Numbered from the stretch's first letter, positions 9,291 through 18,762 are shown. The stretch: 64,000 nucleotides of DNA from Candidatus Taylorbacteria bacterium RIFCSPLOWO2_12_FULL_43_20 (GCA_001821295.1 MHSK01000017.1:31-64030); one strand, 5' to 3'. The notes: a model not told the origin generated them from the sequence alone. A program made the numbers and translations.

Positions 9291-9312
9291 TGACTATCGG
9301 CTATATTTAGCA

Positions 9313-10488
9313 ATGCCTTACAAGTCAACACAAGATGATAGCGTCCGCTCCAAATTTTTCCTCATTTATATTATTGGTTTTTTATTCCATTTGCATGTGG
9401 CTCTTCCCACATATGTTAATTCAACGTTTCTAGCGGGTTTCTCCGGTGAAAAATTCGTGGGGTTAATATATACCCTGTCTTCAATTTTTACCATAGCATT
9501 TTTTGTATACATCCCGCATGTCCTGGAAAAAATCGGTAATTACAGGGCGATAATATCGCTTATGTCCTTGCAATTTGTGGCATTAATGGGCTTAGCTTTC
9601 GGTAATAATTTGATTGTAGTGGCCTCAGCTTTTATCGTAAGTTTCGTAACCATCTCCTTGTCGGCATTCAGCATAGATGTTTTCATTGAAGAATTTTCAC
9701 CCAATGAATCAGTGGGGAAGATCAGGGGGTTTTTCCTAACTATTGTTAACCTTGCCTGGATTCTCTCTCCTCTCCTGGTCGGTGTTATTCTTACGAACGG
9801 TGATTATTATAAAGTGTATCTGGCCGCGGCAATTCTCTTATTACCGGCAATCGGCATAGTCCATAAGTTCAAAAAATTCCGCGATCCTTTTTACAACAAA
9901 ACTCCGTATCTGAAAACAATGCTAGCGACATGGAAAGACAAAGACGTGCTCGGGTCTCTTATTATAAATTTCCTGCTTAATTTTTTCTTCGCTTGGATGG
10001 TTATATATACTCCGATCTATCTTTACCAGCATATAGGTTTCAGTTGGAGCCAAATAGGTATAATATTCAGCATAATGCTTGTGCCATTTGCCATATTGGA
10101 AATTCCTCTTGGCAAACTTGCGGACTCTAAGTACGGAGAGAAAGAAATACTGTCTATAGGGTTTATAATTATGTCTATCTCAACCGCTCTGATCTCGTTC
10201 ATTTCTAGCAACAATTTCATCATCTGGACCTTAATTCTTTTCACTACGAGAACAGGTGCGGCAATGGTAGAGATAATGATTGAGACTTATTTTTTTAAGA
10301 AAGTCCCCGACACTGAAGTTAACATCCTTAGTTTATTCCGAACAATGAGGCCATGGGCCTATCTTATTAGCCCAGTAGCCGCTTCCTTCTTGTTTGTTTT
10401 CGTAGACATCAGATATATATTTATATTTCTTGGTCTCCTGATGTTCTACGGCCTGCGATTCACTTTAGCGCTTAAAGATACTAAATAA
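9313..10488 (+). CDS. major facilitator superfamily-like transporter (about 12 TM helices)
   Basis: 391 aa, hydrophobic throughout with a central loop, typical MFS topology. No specific substrate motif recognised. Confidence 0.55.
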   Translation: MPYKSTQDDSVRSKFFLIYIIGFLFHLHVALPTYVNSTFLAGFSGEKFVGLIYTLSSIFTIAFFVYIPHVLEKIGNYRAIISLMSLQFVALMGLAFGNNLIVVASAFIVSFVTISLSAFSIDVFIEEFSPNESVGKIRGFFLTIVNLAWILSPLLVGVILTNGDYYKVYLAAAILLLPAIGIVHKFKKFRDPFYNKTPYLKTMLATWKDKDVLGSLIINFLLNFFFAWMVIYTPIYLYQHIGFSWSQIGIIFSIMLVPFAILEIPLGKLADSKYGEKEILSIGFIIMSISTALISFISSNNFIIWTLILFTTRTGAAMVEIMIETYFFKKVPDTEVNILSLFRTMRPWAYLISPVAASFLFVFVDIRYIFIFLGLLMFYGLRFTLALKDTK

Positions 10489-10520
10489 TTGAAGTATAAA
10501 ATACGCATATCGTCCCCGAC

Positions 10521-10551
10521 AAGAATGTCAACGCTTAGCGTTGACATTCTT
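10521..10551 (+). terminator. perfect hairpin aagaatgtcaacgcttagcgttgacattctt downstream of the MFS gene
   Basis: 13-bp stem. A near-identical hairpin gaatgtcaacactaagtgttgacattc follows the ABC permease at 48279-48307. There is no strong T-run, so this may be a repeat rather than an intrinsic terminator. Confidence 0.4.
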
Positions 10552-10576
10552 GGGAGAAAAAATAACTTCAAGACGC

Positions 10577-11440
10577 TTATGCGTTTTGCGCCACGCATTC
10601 ATTATAAACCCGAACTGATTCATTGAACTCCTCAACAACTTCCCTCAGCGCTCTCAGTATTTCATTATACTGTGATACTAAAATATTATATTCGTCTATT
10701 TTCGCGTTGTATTCGGCTCCCCTCTTTGGTTTATAAGATTCTATACTTTCCTTTTTTTGCTTAATTTCCATTTCAATGACTTGGAGCTCTTTTTCCGTAC
10801 TCGCTATTTTTCTTTTTATTTCCTTGTCGGGCCTCGCGCAAGAAGACGAAGGATTGGCGAATATTTGTACTCCCAGCCACACTTGTTCACCTTCGAATTC
10901 CCCCTTTTTCACAGATATTCCGATTTCTTTATAATTCTGATTCATTATATTAGCGCGATGACCGGGACTATCCATCCAAGCCCGCACCAGTTCCGAATCA
11001 TCCTTAAAATTACCCTGAGCGAGATTCTCCCCAATTATTATATATTCATATCCGACCTTCTTCGCAAAATCCGAAACAGCTAACCCCTGAGGAGAAACGT
11101 GCGCGAAATACTTTCCTGCGAACATATCGTCAACTTTTTCCTCCGCCGCTACATCAAGGGGGCTCGATTGAGTCAGTTCATTCAGTCCCTCCTTCGCGCG
11201 TTCATTGTTCGTATACAACAAGACTCCTTCTTTCGTTAGACGAGAAGATGGATGAGCTTTGCCCAAATACCTAAGCGGCTCCGGGGTAATAATTCTCTCC
11301 GGCAAAATCCATGAAACAAATTCCTCCGTGTGGCTTTCAATATTTTTTAAACTGCCTTTGGATTCCCATAAGACAATAAAAATAACAACAAGCGCCGCTA
11401 CTGTTACAAACCGCCAAAATGTGTAATTTGTGGATCTCAT
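10577..11440 (-). CDS. CAP/SCP (YkwD-like) domain protein with N-terminal TM anchor and C-terminal coiled coil
   Basis: GENLAQG...WMDSPGHRANIMNQNYKEIGISV...WLGVQIF matches the CAP superfamily signature. The C-terminal region is rich in E/K heptads. Confidence 0.6.
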   Translation of the reverse strand: MRSTNYTFWRFVTVAALVVIFIVLWESKGSLKNIESHTEEFVSWILPERIITPEPLRYLGKAHPSSRLTKEGVLLYTNNERAKEGLNELTQSSPLDVAAEEKVDDMFAGKYFAHVSPQGLAVSDFAKKVGYEYIIIGENLAQGNFKDDSELVRAWMDSPGHRANIMNQNYKEIGISVKKGEFEGEQVWLGVQIFANPSSSCARPDKEIKRKIASTEKELQVIEMEIKQKKESIESYKPKRGAEYNAKIDEYNILVSQYNEILRALREVVEEFNESVRVYNECVAQNA

Positions 11441-11465
11441 TTATACCGATTATCGTGTGAAAAAC

Positions 11466-12413
11466 TTATGGCTGAAGAATATCTTCCGTCCTGCCATTAA
11501 TGGAAATGACAACACTGTCAACGGTTTGAAATTGCTTTAATGTTTCGGCAATTTGGCTTCTTACGGCGGCGACTCGGCAAGACCCTCCAACATTCTCGTC
11601 TAAAGACTCGTCGAAATCAATATAGGCCGTACCATCGGCTATGGTGAGACGCTGTATTTTAACTCCGGTATTTAGCGACGTGAAATAACCTTCACTCAAT
11701 TCATTTTCCGTCGGACCGGTCAAAAGTTCTTCAATCGCCGCTCGTGCTGGAGCGGCCGTCTTCGGAACTCTACGCTTGACCGCAAATACCTCATCGCACT
11801 CAACCTGTTGTCCTGACTGTGAATCTTTTGAAAAATACACTTCCACAACCATACTTTCTTCGTTTTGTTTGAATTTTATTGGAAGAGAATATTCTGCTTG
11901 ATTTTCAGGTAATCCAGACGGATTGGCTTTCTCGAATATTACCCTGCCATTATCCGTAAGAGGTGCTTCAAAAACAGCCGTCGCGCTAAACGGTACAAGC
12001 TCTTCCGTCATCCACTCTCCCTCTGCTTGCGCTATAAATTCTGAAATCGTCGCTCCATTAGAATCAACAACGCGCCCGCTAAATGACCCCTCAAAGAACC
12101 ACGTTCCCTTTGCTTTTCCTCTGATATCAAGCGGGCTTGATACTGTGCCGTTATATTTTGGATTATCAACCTCTATCACACCATCAAAACTGACATCATC
12201 CTCCACGATATCCTTAATTTCCTCAATAAACAGTCGCCCATCTTCAGTCCTGCACATTCGCGGATAACTTTCCATAACAAGATTGCCTTCGTCAACGCAT
12301 TCTTCAAAACTGGAAATTTTTTCCTTTTTGCTCGCATCATATTGGTAAATACCAATAGCGATTGCTACCGCCACAACTATAACTATAGCCGATATTGCGA
12401 CTTTTTTACTCAT
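11466..12413 (-). CDS. GerMN domain protein (N-terminal TM anchor, Gmad2-like middle region, C-terminal GerMN)
   Basis: The C-terminal AAIEELLTGPTENELSEGYFTSLNTGVKIQRLTIADGTAYIDFDESL...VDSVVISINGR is a typical GerMN (sporulation/germination-like) domain. Confidence 0.55.
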   Translation of the reverse strand: MSKKVAISAIVIVVAVAIAIGIYQYDASKKEKISSFEECVDEGNLVMESYPRMCRTEDGRLFIEEIKDIVEDDVSFDGVIEVDNPKYNGTVSSPLDIRGKAKGTWFFEGSFSGRVVDSNGATISEFIAQAEGEWMTEELVPFSATAVFEAPLTDNGRVIFEKANPSGLPENQAEYSLPIKFKQNEESMVVEVYFSKDSQSGQQVECDEVFAVKRRVPKTAAPARAAIEELLTGPTENELSEGYFTSLNTGVKIQRLTIADGTAYIDFDESLDENVGGSCRVAAVRSQIAETLKQFQTVDSVVISINGRTEDILQP

Positions 12414-12424
12414 AGTTCCTCAGT

Positions 12425-12530
12425 TATTTATTTCGGCTAGCGAGGAGCGTGTGAATGATTCATATCATTCACGACGTCCGAGCGAAGACGAAACAAAGGT
12501 TCAATATCTCGGTAACTTCGTCCCGATGAA
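12425..12530. repeat. palindromic repeat family 6 (inverted copy of the tandem units at 33590-33800)
   Basis: cggctagcgaggagcgtgtgaatgattcatatcattcacgacgtccgagcgaagacgaaacaaaggttc is the reverse complement of the unit upstream of ftsZ. Confidence 0.7.
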
Positions 12531-12533
12531 GCA

Positions 12534-12908
12534 TTATTTCTTTTTTGGGGAAGATTTTTCAGCGGCGCTTATGCTCTTCTTTATGTTTTTCCACTGATTT
12601 TTAAGCTCATTCACAAACACGGCTATTTCTTCCGGATCCGCCTGTTTTAATTTCTTGTACTTGTCAGACACTTCATGCACTATCTTGTTGTACAAATTTT
12701 CATTAACTTCTTTTAAGTTTTCAATACGGTCCAGAACATCCGCTTTCGCTCTTAATGACCAGCTTCTGATTTTCTTTCTTTTTTTCTTTCCGCCTTCCGT
12801 GCCATAAAGCAAATAAGCTCCAGCAGCAGCGACCACCGCGATAGCGGTAACACTCCCGGCTATAATCTTCTTCTTTTTATTTGAATTATTGTTGTTATTT
12901 TTTGCCAT
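12534..12908 (-). CDS. hypothetical Lys-rich single-pass membrane protein
   Basis: 124 aa with one TM helix (AGSVTAIAVVAAAGAYLLY) and K/N/E-rich low-complexity flanks. Support is weak. Confidence 0.35.
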   Translation of the reverse strand: MAKNNNNNSNKKKKIIAGSVTAIAVVAAAGAYLLYGTEGGKKKRKKIRSWSLRAKADVLDRIENLKEVNENLYNKIVHEVSDKYKKLKQADPEEIAVFVNELKNQWKNIKKSISAAEKSSPKKK

Positions 12909-12947
12909 AATAATTTATTTTAGGACTTCTATATTTAATGATAATTT

Positions 12948-13241
12948 TCACACTTGATGATCATCCTTGCCTCGTTTGGCATAAGATCTGCGCTTAAAAA
13001 CACCTTTGAAAAATTTGTAGACATGCGCCGCACGGAAACCTTCTTCTTTGACTCTACCTCTTAAAGCTGTAATGTCCTCTATAATGTTATCGCTTTCATT
13101 CTTAATCTTTTCCGATATATATTTCATATTCTTCAGTATTTTGATCACATAGTAGATGGCAACTACCAAACCCAACGCCACAATTACAACCACAATGGTC
13201 GTCACAAAGAAAAATATATCCGCTTTTACTAATGTCTCCAT
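12948..13241 (-). CDS. hypothetical small single-pass membrane protein
   Basis: 97 aa, N-terminal TM helix then a charged coiled region. Confidence 0.35.
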   Translation of the reverse strand: METLVKADIFFFVTTIVVVIVALGLVVAIYYVIKILKNMKYISEKIKNESDNIIEDITALRGRVKEEGFRAAHVYKFFKGVFKRRSYAKRGKDDHQV

Positions 13242-13276
13242 GTTATCATTATATCATATTGTACTCTGCAGTACCT

Positions 13277-13978
13277 CTATTTTTCATCTACCATAACACT
13301 GATAATTTTGACTTCCTCAAGAGGACGATCCGCATCTCCCGTATCCAACGCGCCTATCTTGTCCACCACATCTTGTCCTTTTACGACTTTGCCGAAAATT
13401 GTGTAACTCGGCGGCAAAGGGTAATCTTCAAGCATAATGAAAAATTGGCTGCCGTTCGTGTTCGGTCCTCTGTTCGCCATAGCCACTACACCTTTCTTAT
13501 ATCCCCTTTTATAAGATTCGGTTTCAGGATTGAGCTCATCATCAAAAACATATCCGGGCCCACCAGAGCCTGTACCCGTAGGGTCTCCACCTTGGATCAT
13601 GAATCCTGCGATTACGCGATGAAAGATAGTACCGTTATAGAACCCCTTGCGAGCCAGGTCGGTAAAATTTTTTGAGGCTGTTGGCGCGTCCGCGTCAAAG
13701 GTCTCAAAAACTATTTCCCCATGATTCGTTTGCAATGTAACCATATGCTTAAGATTAACAGCTTGTTTAATATTACTCAATGCCTCCCCTGAAGAGAGCG
13801 GTGTCTCTGAAAGCAAAACCTCCTCCGTCTGTAACACATCGGTTGTTTTTTCCCTCAAAGAATAGTAATAAATAGCCCCTACGGCTACAACACAAATAAT
13901 GACCGATATAATAATATTTCTCACATGCATATATATTAAATTATAAACTAACAACTGGGGTTTTTCTCTTACTGTCAA
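13277..13978 (-). CDS. cyclophilin-type peptidyl-prolyl cis-trans isomerase, membrane-anchored
   Basis: GFYNGTIFHRVIAGFMIQGGDPTGTGSGGPGY...GVVAMANRGPNTNGSQFFIML is the cyclophilin signature. The true start is probably the internal Met giving a TM anchor (about 13930). Confidence 0.8.
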   Translation of the reverse strand: MTVREKPQLLVYNLIYMHVRNIIISVIICVVAVGAIYYYSLREKTTDVLQTEEVLLSETPLSSGEALSNIKQAVNLKHMVTLQTNHGEIVFETFDADAPTASKNFTDLARKGFYNGTIFHRVIAGFMIQGGDPTGTGSGGPGYVFDDELNPETESYKRGYKKGVVAMANRGPNTNGSQFFIMLEDYPLPPSYTIFGKVVKGQDVVDKIGALDTGDADRPLEEVKIISVMVDEK

Positions 13979-13985
13979 CCTTAAT

Positions 13986-15221
13986 CTAAACAGTGAACAT
14001 CCCCTCTTTGTATATGATTTTTTTGTCCCCGTTTTTCATATAAGCGGTAACCGTGCGAGGAGCAGTGGAAATAATATCGGTATGTACTGACGAATCATTA
14101 TACCCCAAACGTTCCCAATCTTCAGGCGACAGCTCGCCGGGATCACCGATGTAGCAGTCGTGGTACGACTTTCCAAGCGCCAGATGCGTATTACCGTCGG
14201 GCCCTCCGATGTTCTCATCAAACAAAGTCTCCGCCATAAATTTAGTAATTCTGGAAAAACGCTTATCCGTGAGCGAATATTCCCCTATTTTGTCAGCGTG
14301 CTCCGTTTTTATCATCTCTCGGAGGACATTTTCATTCTTAGAGGCGTTGGCTTTCACCACTCGCCCGTTCTTAAACTCCAGACGTATTCCCTCTATCAAT
14401 ACTCCATAGCGGTAAAGCGGTTGGTTGAACTTGATCCAGCCCTCCGTCCCCCGCCAGTCGGGCGACGTAAAAAGCTCAAAACTCGGAATGTTTCTTCCAG
14501 ATCCGCCCATCCAAGCGCGCTTATCTCCCAGATTGACCCAAAGGTCGGCATCCGGACCTAGAACATGCAGTTTGTCTATCGGCATCCGGTTCAAACGACC
14601 TCTTATTTTCTCCAATCCTTTATACAGCTTTTTCCATTCAGAAATGGGATTTTTTTTATCAAGAAGACACGCTTTAATGATTTGATCCCAATACTCCTCG
14701 AGGCCAAGTCTCGCCTCTTTTGCCATTGCCTCTGTGCCATACAATCCCAACGTCCAGGTATATTTGCCTTTGTTTTCTTTCGCGTTCCTCCAGTCCATAT
14801 ACGGCTTCCAAGCCAATCCTCTTCGCATTATTTTTTTCGGATTTATGCCTTCCAATTCATGTTTATCAATCTCACTAAGTATAAAAATCGTATGATCAAT
14901 TTCATCCACTAAACCTCTGGCAAATTTCTCCGGAAAAAAATCCAGCTGATGATCTTTTGCGTGTTCAAAAAAATCTCTATCAAACGGAAACCTATCGCCG
15001 CTATCGGGGCGGTAATCCCCGATCACATGCCCACCCGCTTTTAATATCGCGACCTTAAGTTCCCTGTATAGCGGCTTGGCTGCCTCATAGGCCACAAGGT
15101 GCACCACTTCACCTTTCTTTACTCCCCTGCCTCCGCCGAGAGCGAAATTGACGAGCACGTCGGCGTATTTTTCCAAAATTTTTTTTGACAGCGTATAACT
15201 CATTAAATCATGATACAACAA
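13986..15221 (-). CDS. M29-family aminopeptidase (AmpS/PepS-like)
   Basis: 411 aa. LVNFALGGGRGVKKGEVVHLVAYEAAKPLYRELKVAILKAGGHV and overall similarity to thermophilic-metalloprotease M29 aminopeptidases. Confidence 0.6.
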   Translation of the reverse strand: MLYHDLMSYTLSKKILEKYADVLVNFALGGGRGVKKGEVVHLVAYEAAKPLYRELKVAILKAGGHVIGDYRPDSGDRFPFDRDFFEHAKDHQLDFFPEKFARGLVDEIDHTIFILSEIDKHELEGINPKKIMRRGLAWKPYMDWRNAKENKGKYTWTLGLYGTEAMAKEARLGLEEYWDQIIKACLLDKKNPISEWKKLYKGLEKIRGRLNRMPIDKLHVLGPDADLWVNLGDKRAWMGGSGRNIPSFELFTSPDWRGTEGWIKFNQPLYRYGVLIEGIRLEFKNGRVVKANASKNENVLREMIKTEHADKIGEYSLTDKRFSRITKFMAETLFDENIGGPDGNTHLALGKSYHDCYIGDPGELSPEDWERLGYNDSSVHTDIISTAPRTVTAYMKNGDKKIIYKEGMFTV

Positions 15222-15279
15222 ACACGAGCCGAAGCAACCACATCAAGGTTAAACCTTGATATTATATGTACCGAGAAAA

Positions 15280-15423
15280 GTAACTGCTCACAAGACCGAG
15301 TGGTGTCATTCCCGCGAAGGCGGGAATCTAGGCCATATTTTGATCTGGATTCCCGTTTTCACGGGAATGACAGAAGAAAAGAAGGCTGTGGTGTGGCCAT
15401 TACTCGGTCTTGTGAGGAGTTAC
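15280..15423. mobile_element. MITE-A, full copy (TIR GTAACTSCTCACAAGACCGAGT; 8-bp TSD CGAGAAAA)
   Basis: TIRs flank two inverted gtcattcccgcgaa(a/g)gcgggaat hairpins. The flanking 8-mers cgagaaaa at 15272-15279 and 15424-15431 are identical. Spurious track ORFs 15210..15497 and 15256..15438 are translations of this element. Confidence 0.75.
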
Positions 15424-15506
15424 CGAGAAAATCATTGACAACTTTGTTTTTCTTTGTTATTATAACTGCAGATTTTCAGAGACGATTGTTCGCATGAAGC
15501 GACGAT

Positions 15507-16751
15507 TTGATCTTTGACATGAAAGGAAAGATGCCAAAAGCAAACTATGTGATTGATGAGAGTGAAATGATATCGCCGTCGGTTTTTTTCATCTGGGTGA
15601 TAATTATTGATACGATACTGGTAATAACCGGCCTCATATTGTTGAGCCAGACCGTGTGGGTAATCAATGTCGGAAAATACATGTTAACACTGCTTGCCAT
15701 TTACCACCTAATAAGTATAGGCAAGCAGGACGCCGACAAGGTGGGTGTTAAATTATTCATGGGAAGGAGACTGTATCGCCTAGAACCCGGAATAGTTTTC
15801 GTGCCACGCCTGATCTGCAAACAAGTAACAGCTGCCAGGAGACAGATTCTTGTATTAGCAGGAACAGCCAAATCAGCTGAAGAGAAAGCTATACTTGAGT
15901 CGGAGATTAAAGAAGCAGAAAAAAGAAACGTCGAAGTCATCAGAATGCCCGAGCCGCAAAGAATTACCTTCGCTGAAGGACAAGATGACAAAAACACAGA
16001 CGAATTGGACAGGCGTATAACCTCTGACCCGATAGTGATCCTCATTTTTGTAGTTGAGGACATGTGGCCGTTTTGGGTGAAGATGGGCAACGTGTACAAC
16101 GCCGCATATATTCTTATTGAAACAGCAATAACGGTTCTGCAAGAAAAATGCGCAAAACTCACTGCGGCAAAAGCGCTTGAGAAAATTAATAGGCTGAATG
16201 AAGGCATTACGGAAAGAATCGAGGAGCTCATAGGAGAAAGAGAAACAAAAAACAAAGATGGCACACGTGATATGTGTCCATGGTGGGGCATAGACCTGGT
16301 AAGTGCCCGTGTAAAAAGCATGGGGTTTCCGAGACGAGTCAACGAAGCAATTGCAAACAAAAGGCAAACGATTATCGGCTCGCAAGGTCAAAAACTAAAA
16401 CTCATAAACGAAGGCACAGGTACAGCAGAGGCGCGCAAAAAATGGTTAAACGCCGAAGCTGATGGTCTTAAAAGGCAGGGGGAAATCGCCGAGAGTGAAG
16501 GGGGAAAAGTCGCTTATCAGGCACAAATCATGCGCGAAGCTTTGGAAAGATCAAACTACACGATATTTTCCGGACCCGCGGCTGAGAGCTTGATCAACAT
16601 GCAAGATATTGCAAAAGGGCTAGCGGTAGCGCGGCAAGAAGGAAAAAATATCACCGACAAAAAAACAGATGTTTCTTCCACTGATAAAAAGAAAAACCCC
16701 AAAACCTCGGGAAAGCCAAAAGAGGAAAAAAAAGGGGGGGAGGAGAACTAA
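15507..16751 (+). CDS. SPFH/band-7-like membrane protein with Lys-rich C-terminus
   Basis: N-terminal TM helices, then KLFMGRRLYRLEPGIVFVPRLICKQV and a long Ala/Glu/Lys-rich helical region resembling stomatin/HflK-type proteins. The start is uncertain. Confidence 0.4.
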   Translation: MIFDMKGKMPKANYVIDESEMISPSVFFIWVIIIDTILVITGLILLSQTVWVINVGKYMLTLLAIYHLISIGKQDADKVGVKLFMGRRLYRLEPGIVFVPRLICKQVTAARRQILVLAGTAKSAEEKAILESEIKEAEKRNVEVIRMPEPQRITFAEGQDDKNTDELDRRITSDPIVILIFVVEDMWPFWVKMGNVYNAAYILIETAITVLQEKCAKLTAAKALEKINRLNEGITERIEELIGERETKNKDGTRDMCPWWGIDLVSARVKSMGFPRRVNEAIANKRQTIIGSQGQKLKLINEGTGTAEARKKWLNAEADGLKRQGEIAESEGGKVAYQAQIMREALERSNYTIFSGPAAESLINMQDIAKGLAVARQEGKNITDKKTDVSSTDKKKNPKTSGKPKEEKKGGEEN

Positions 16752-16754
16752 ACT

Positions 16755-17414
16755 ATGGACTGGTCTATATTTTTAGCATTCCTAACTGCAGCCATCGCAT
16801 TCGCCGTATATATTGTAATCAAGAAGCCCTACGCCACGTCAAAACTCAAGAGTGTAAACGTGGCTCAAGGTGTTTCTATTGCAAAAAATACGGGAAAGAT
16901 TGTCGCGAAATTGCCGAGGATCATATTTTTGGCACTCGTTGGCATCTTCATCCTCACCATTCTCGGGGCTTTCACCATAGCCACAACGAGATGGTTATTC
17001 GGGAAGCCGTTTGGTCACTCTGAGGTCTATAGGACTGGCCCACTTGAAAATACGTGGTGGGCAATGTGGAAAAGTCCGCCGGGTGTGGTGAGCGTACCAT
17101 CGGAAATGGTTTTTCCGAACGTCACAGTGACGAAGTATGACAGTCGCAATCTGGTCTTTCAGATTCCGTCCGTCAATGACGACGGCACACAGATCATTGG
17201 AATGTACACCGGCCTGTCTGAAAAGCAGGACGGGCAATATGTCGGAATGTGGGCAGCCGTTACCAACTTCACTGCGTCAAGCGGCCCCATCTCAAGGTGG
17301 CACCTGTCCGGCTCTGCTGAGACAGGGTTCGCCGGCCAAATAGAAAACCCGGTAGAGACAAACTACTACTGGGCGGCATTCACACTAGTGCCGAAGTTCA
17401 AGATCAACAAATAG
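16755..17414 (+). CDS. hypothetical membrane-anchored protein
   Basis: 219 aa with two N-terminal TM segments; 4 bp after the preceding gene, so possibly an operon partner. Confidence 0.4.
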   Translation: MDWSIFLAFLTAAIAFAVYIVIKKPYATSKLKSVNVAQGVSIAKNTGKIVAKLPRIIFLALVGIFILTILGAFTIATTRWLFGKPFGHSEVYRTGPLENTWWAMWKSPPGVVSVPSEMVFPNVTVTKYDSRNLVFQIPSVNDDGTQIIGMYTGLSEKQDGQYVGMWAAVTNFTASSGPISRWHLSGSAETGFAGQIENPVETNYYWAAFTLVPKFKINK

Positions 17415-17467
17415 CACACGCGCGAGGATGAGTTTACTCTCCTCGCGCTTTTTTATTTTATGAAATT

Positions 17468-17615
17468 ATAGGACTTACGCGTTTCGTCATAATTTAAAAC
17501 ATTTCCCATCTATCATTCCCACTTTCTTCTGTCATTCCCGCGAAAGCGGGAATCCAGTGTATGCAGATAAAAACCTGGATTCCCGCTTTCGCGGGAATGA
17601 CACCACTCGGGGTTG
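17468..17615. mobile_element. chimeric MITE-like element (family-1 left TIR, double GTCATTCCCGCGAAAGCGGGAAT hairpin core, MITE-A-like right end)
   Basis: ataggacttacgcg...tgtcattcccgcgaaagcgggaatccag..ctggattcccgctttcgcgggaatgacaccactcgggg. Confidence 0.55.
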
Positions 17616-17627
17616 TGGACAGATGCT

Positions 17628-17990
17628 TTATTGCGGTTTTACTCTTGGTACACCTATGGTTTTATCGTCCGATATTCCAAAATCCTTCCTTATGAACTCT
17701 ACTATTCCCCATATTGAAACCATGATAAATAATGCTATTATACCCCCCGTCATTATTCTTTTACCTCTTGCTTTGGCCTCCTCGCTTCCCGACAAAAAAA
17801 TGTATTTAGCCACCCCCCAGAAAAAAACCAAGAGGGCAACTGCAAATACTATAGTGGTTAATTTACCAACAAGATTTCCGAATTGCGGAATCAGTGTGCC
17901 CAGTAAGGGCAGGTCGCGAGCATCATTCTGTGCGAAAACGAACACAGGAGATATTAGAGCAAGTGTAATTAATATACAAACTTTTTTCAT
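17628..17990 (-). CDS. TrbC/VirB2-like (T4SS-pilin-like) small secreted two-helix protein, paralog 1 of 7
   Basis: Signal peptide, then LLVFFWGVAKYIFLSGSEEAKARGKRIMTGGIIALFIMVSIWGIVEFI, which is the hairpin core shared by the array. Confidence 0.6.
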   Translation of the reverse strand: MKKVCILITLALISPVFVFAQNDARDLPLLGTLIPQFGNLVGKLTTIVFAVALLVFFWGVAKYIFLSGSEEAKARGKRIMTGGIIALFIMVSIWGIVEFIRKDFGISDDKTIGVPRVKPQ

Positions 17991-18044
17991 TTTTTGCGTA
18001 TTTTAACACAAAAACCGCGCAAGGCGGTTTTTGTTAGTTGTAAC

Positions 18045-18311
18045 CTAGAATCCCAGATAACTCGGCAAAGGAATTCCGAAGCTGTTCAAAACAATTCTGA
18101 TAAGAGCATAAACAACCATCATCACGAACAACCCTTTTATTCCCCAATCCATAGCCGACTTGCCTTTTTGCCGCCCCTCCTCGCTTGCCGAATGCGCAAT
18201 AAACTGCAAAATACCCCAGAAAAAAACCAGAAGAGCGACAGTGAACAGGAGAATTATTATCGGATTCAGTATATACTGATTAATCCGATTTAATAGCGGC
18301 TCTATGGTCAT
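18045..18311 (-). CDS. TrbC/VirB2-like pilin paralog 2 of 7 (short N-terminus)
   Basis: LLVFFWGILQFIAHSASEEGRQKGKSAMDWGIKGLFVMMVVYALIRIV. Confidence 0.55.
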   Translation of the reverse strand: MTIEPLLNRINQYILNPIIILLFTVALLVFFWGILQFIAHSASEEGRQKGKSAMDWGIKGLFVMMVVYALIRIVLNSFGIPLPSYLGF

Positions 18312-18327
18312 TAGTTAAAACGCAAAA

Positions 18328-18762
18328 CTATCTTATATTTACACCGGGAGCGTTCACATCTTGCGGATCTGTATCAATACCTGTTGCCTCTCCGATAAAT
18401 GTCACAATACCCCAGATTGCCGACATTATAAACAGAGCTATTATACCGCCAATCATTATTCTCCTGCCTTCCGCTTTAGCCTCTTCGCTTCCAGCGGCCA
18501 AAATGTATTTTGCGAGCCCCCAGAAAAAGACGAGAAGCGCGATAGCAAAGACGACAGGTATCAATGTGTCAACAATTTCTCCGAATGAAGTAGCCAACCG
18601 TTGTAAATTGGATAAATCCTGAGCCAATGCAAGCGCGGGCGTTAATAATACTGCACTCAATACAAGAACTTTTTTCATTAATATATTTATAGTTATTAAT
18701 AATATATATAGACCTTTTGTCTTAGGACTCGTCCAGAAATAAATTCCTCGGATTGTGTTCAA
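18328..18762 (-). CDS. TrbC/VirB2-like pilin paralog 3 of 7
   Basis: Signal peptide ending ALALAQ, then LLVFFWGLAKYILAAGSEEAKAEGRRIMIGGIIALFIMSAIWGIVTFI. The start may be the internal MKKVLVLSAV. Confidence 0.6.
   Translation of the reverse strand: MNTIRGIYFWTSPKTKGLYILLITINILMKKVLVLSAVLLTPALALAQDLSNLQRLATSFGEIVDTLIPVVFAIALLVFFWGLAKYILAAGSEEAKAEGRRIMIGGIIALFIMSAIWGIVTFIGEATGIDTDPQDVNAPGVNIR

Noticed and set aside
15210-15497. Track ORFs 15210..15497 and 15256..15438 (+), and their near-identical twins 54108..54356 and 54118..54318 (-), share the peptide TEWCHSREGGNLGHILIWIPVFTGMTEEKKAVVWPLLGLVRSY.
   Set aside because: They are translations of MITE-A copies (hairpins GTCATTCCCGCGAAAGCGGGAAT). 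The shared peptide reflects repeat DNA, not a conserved gene.
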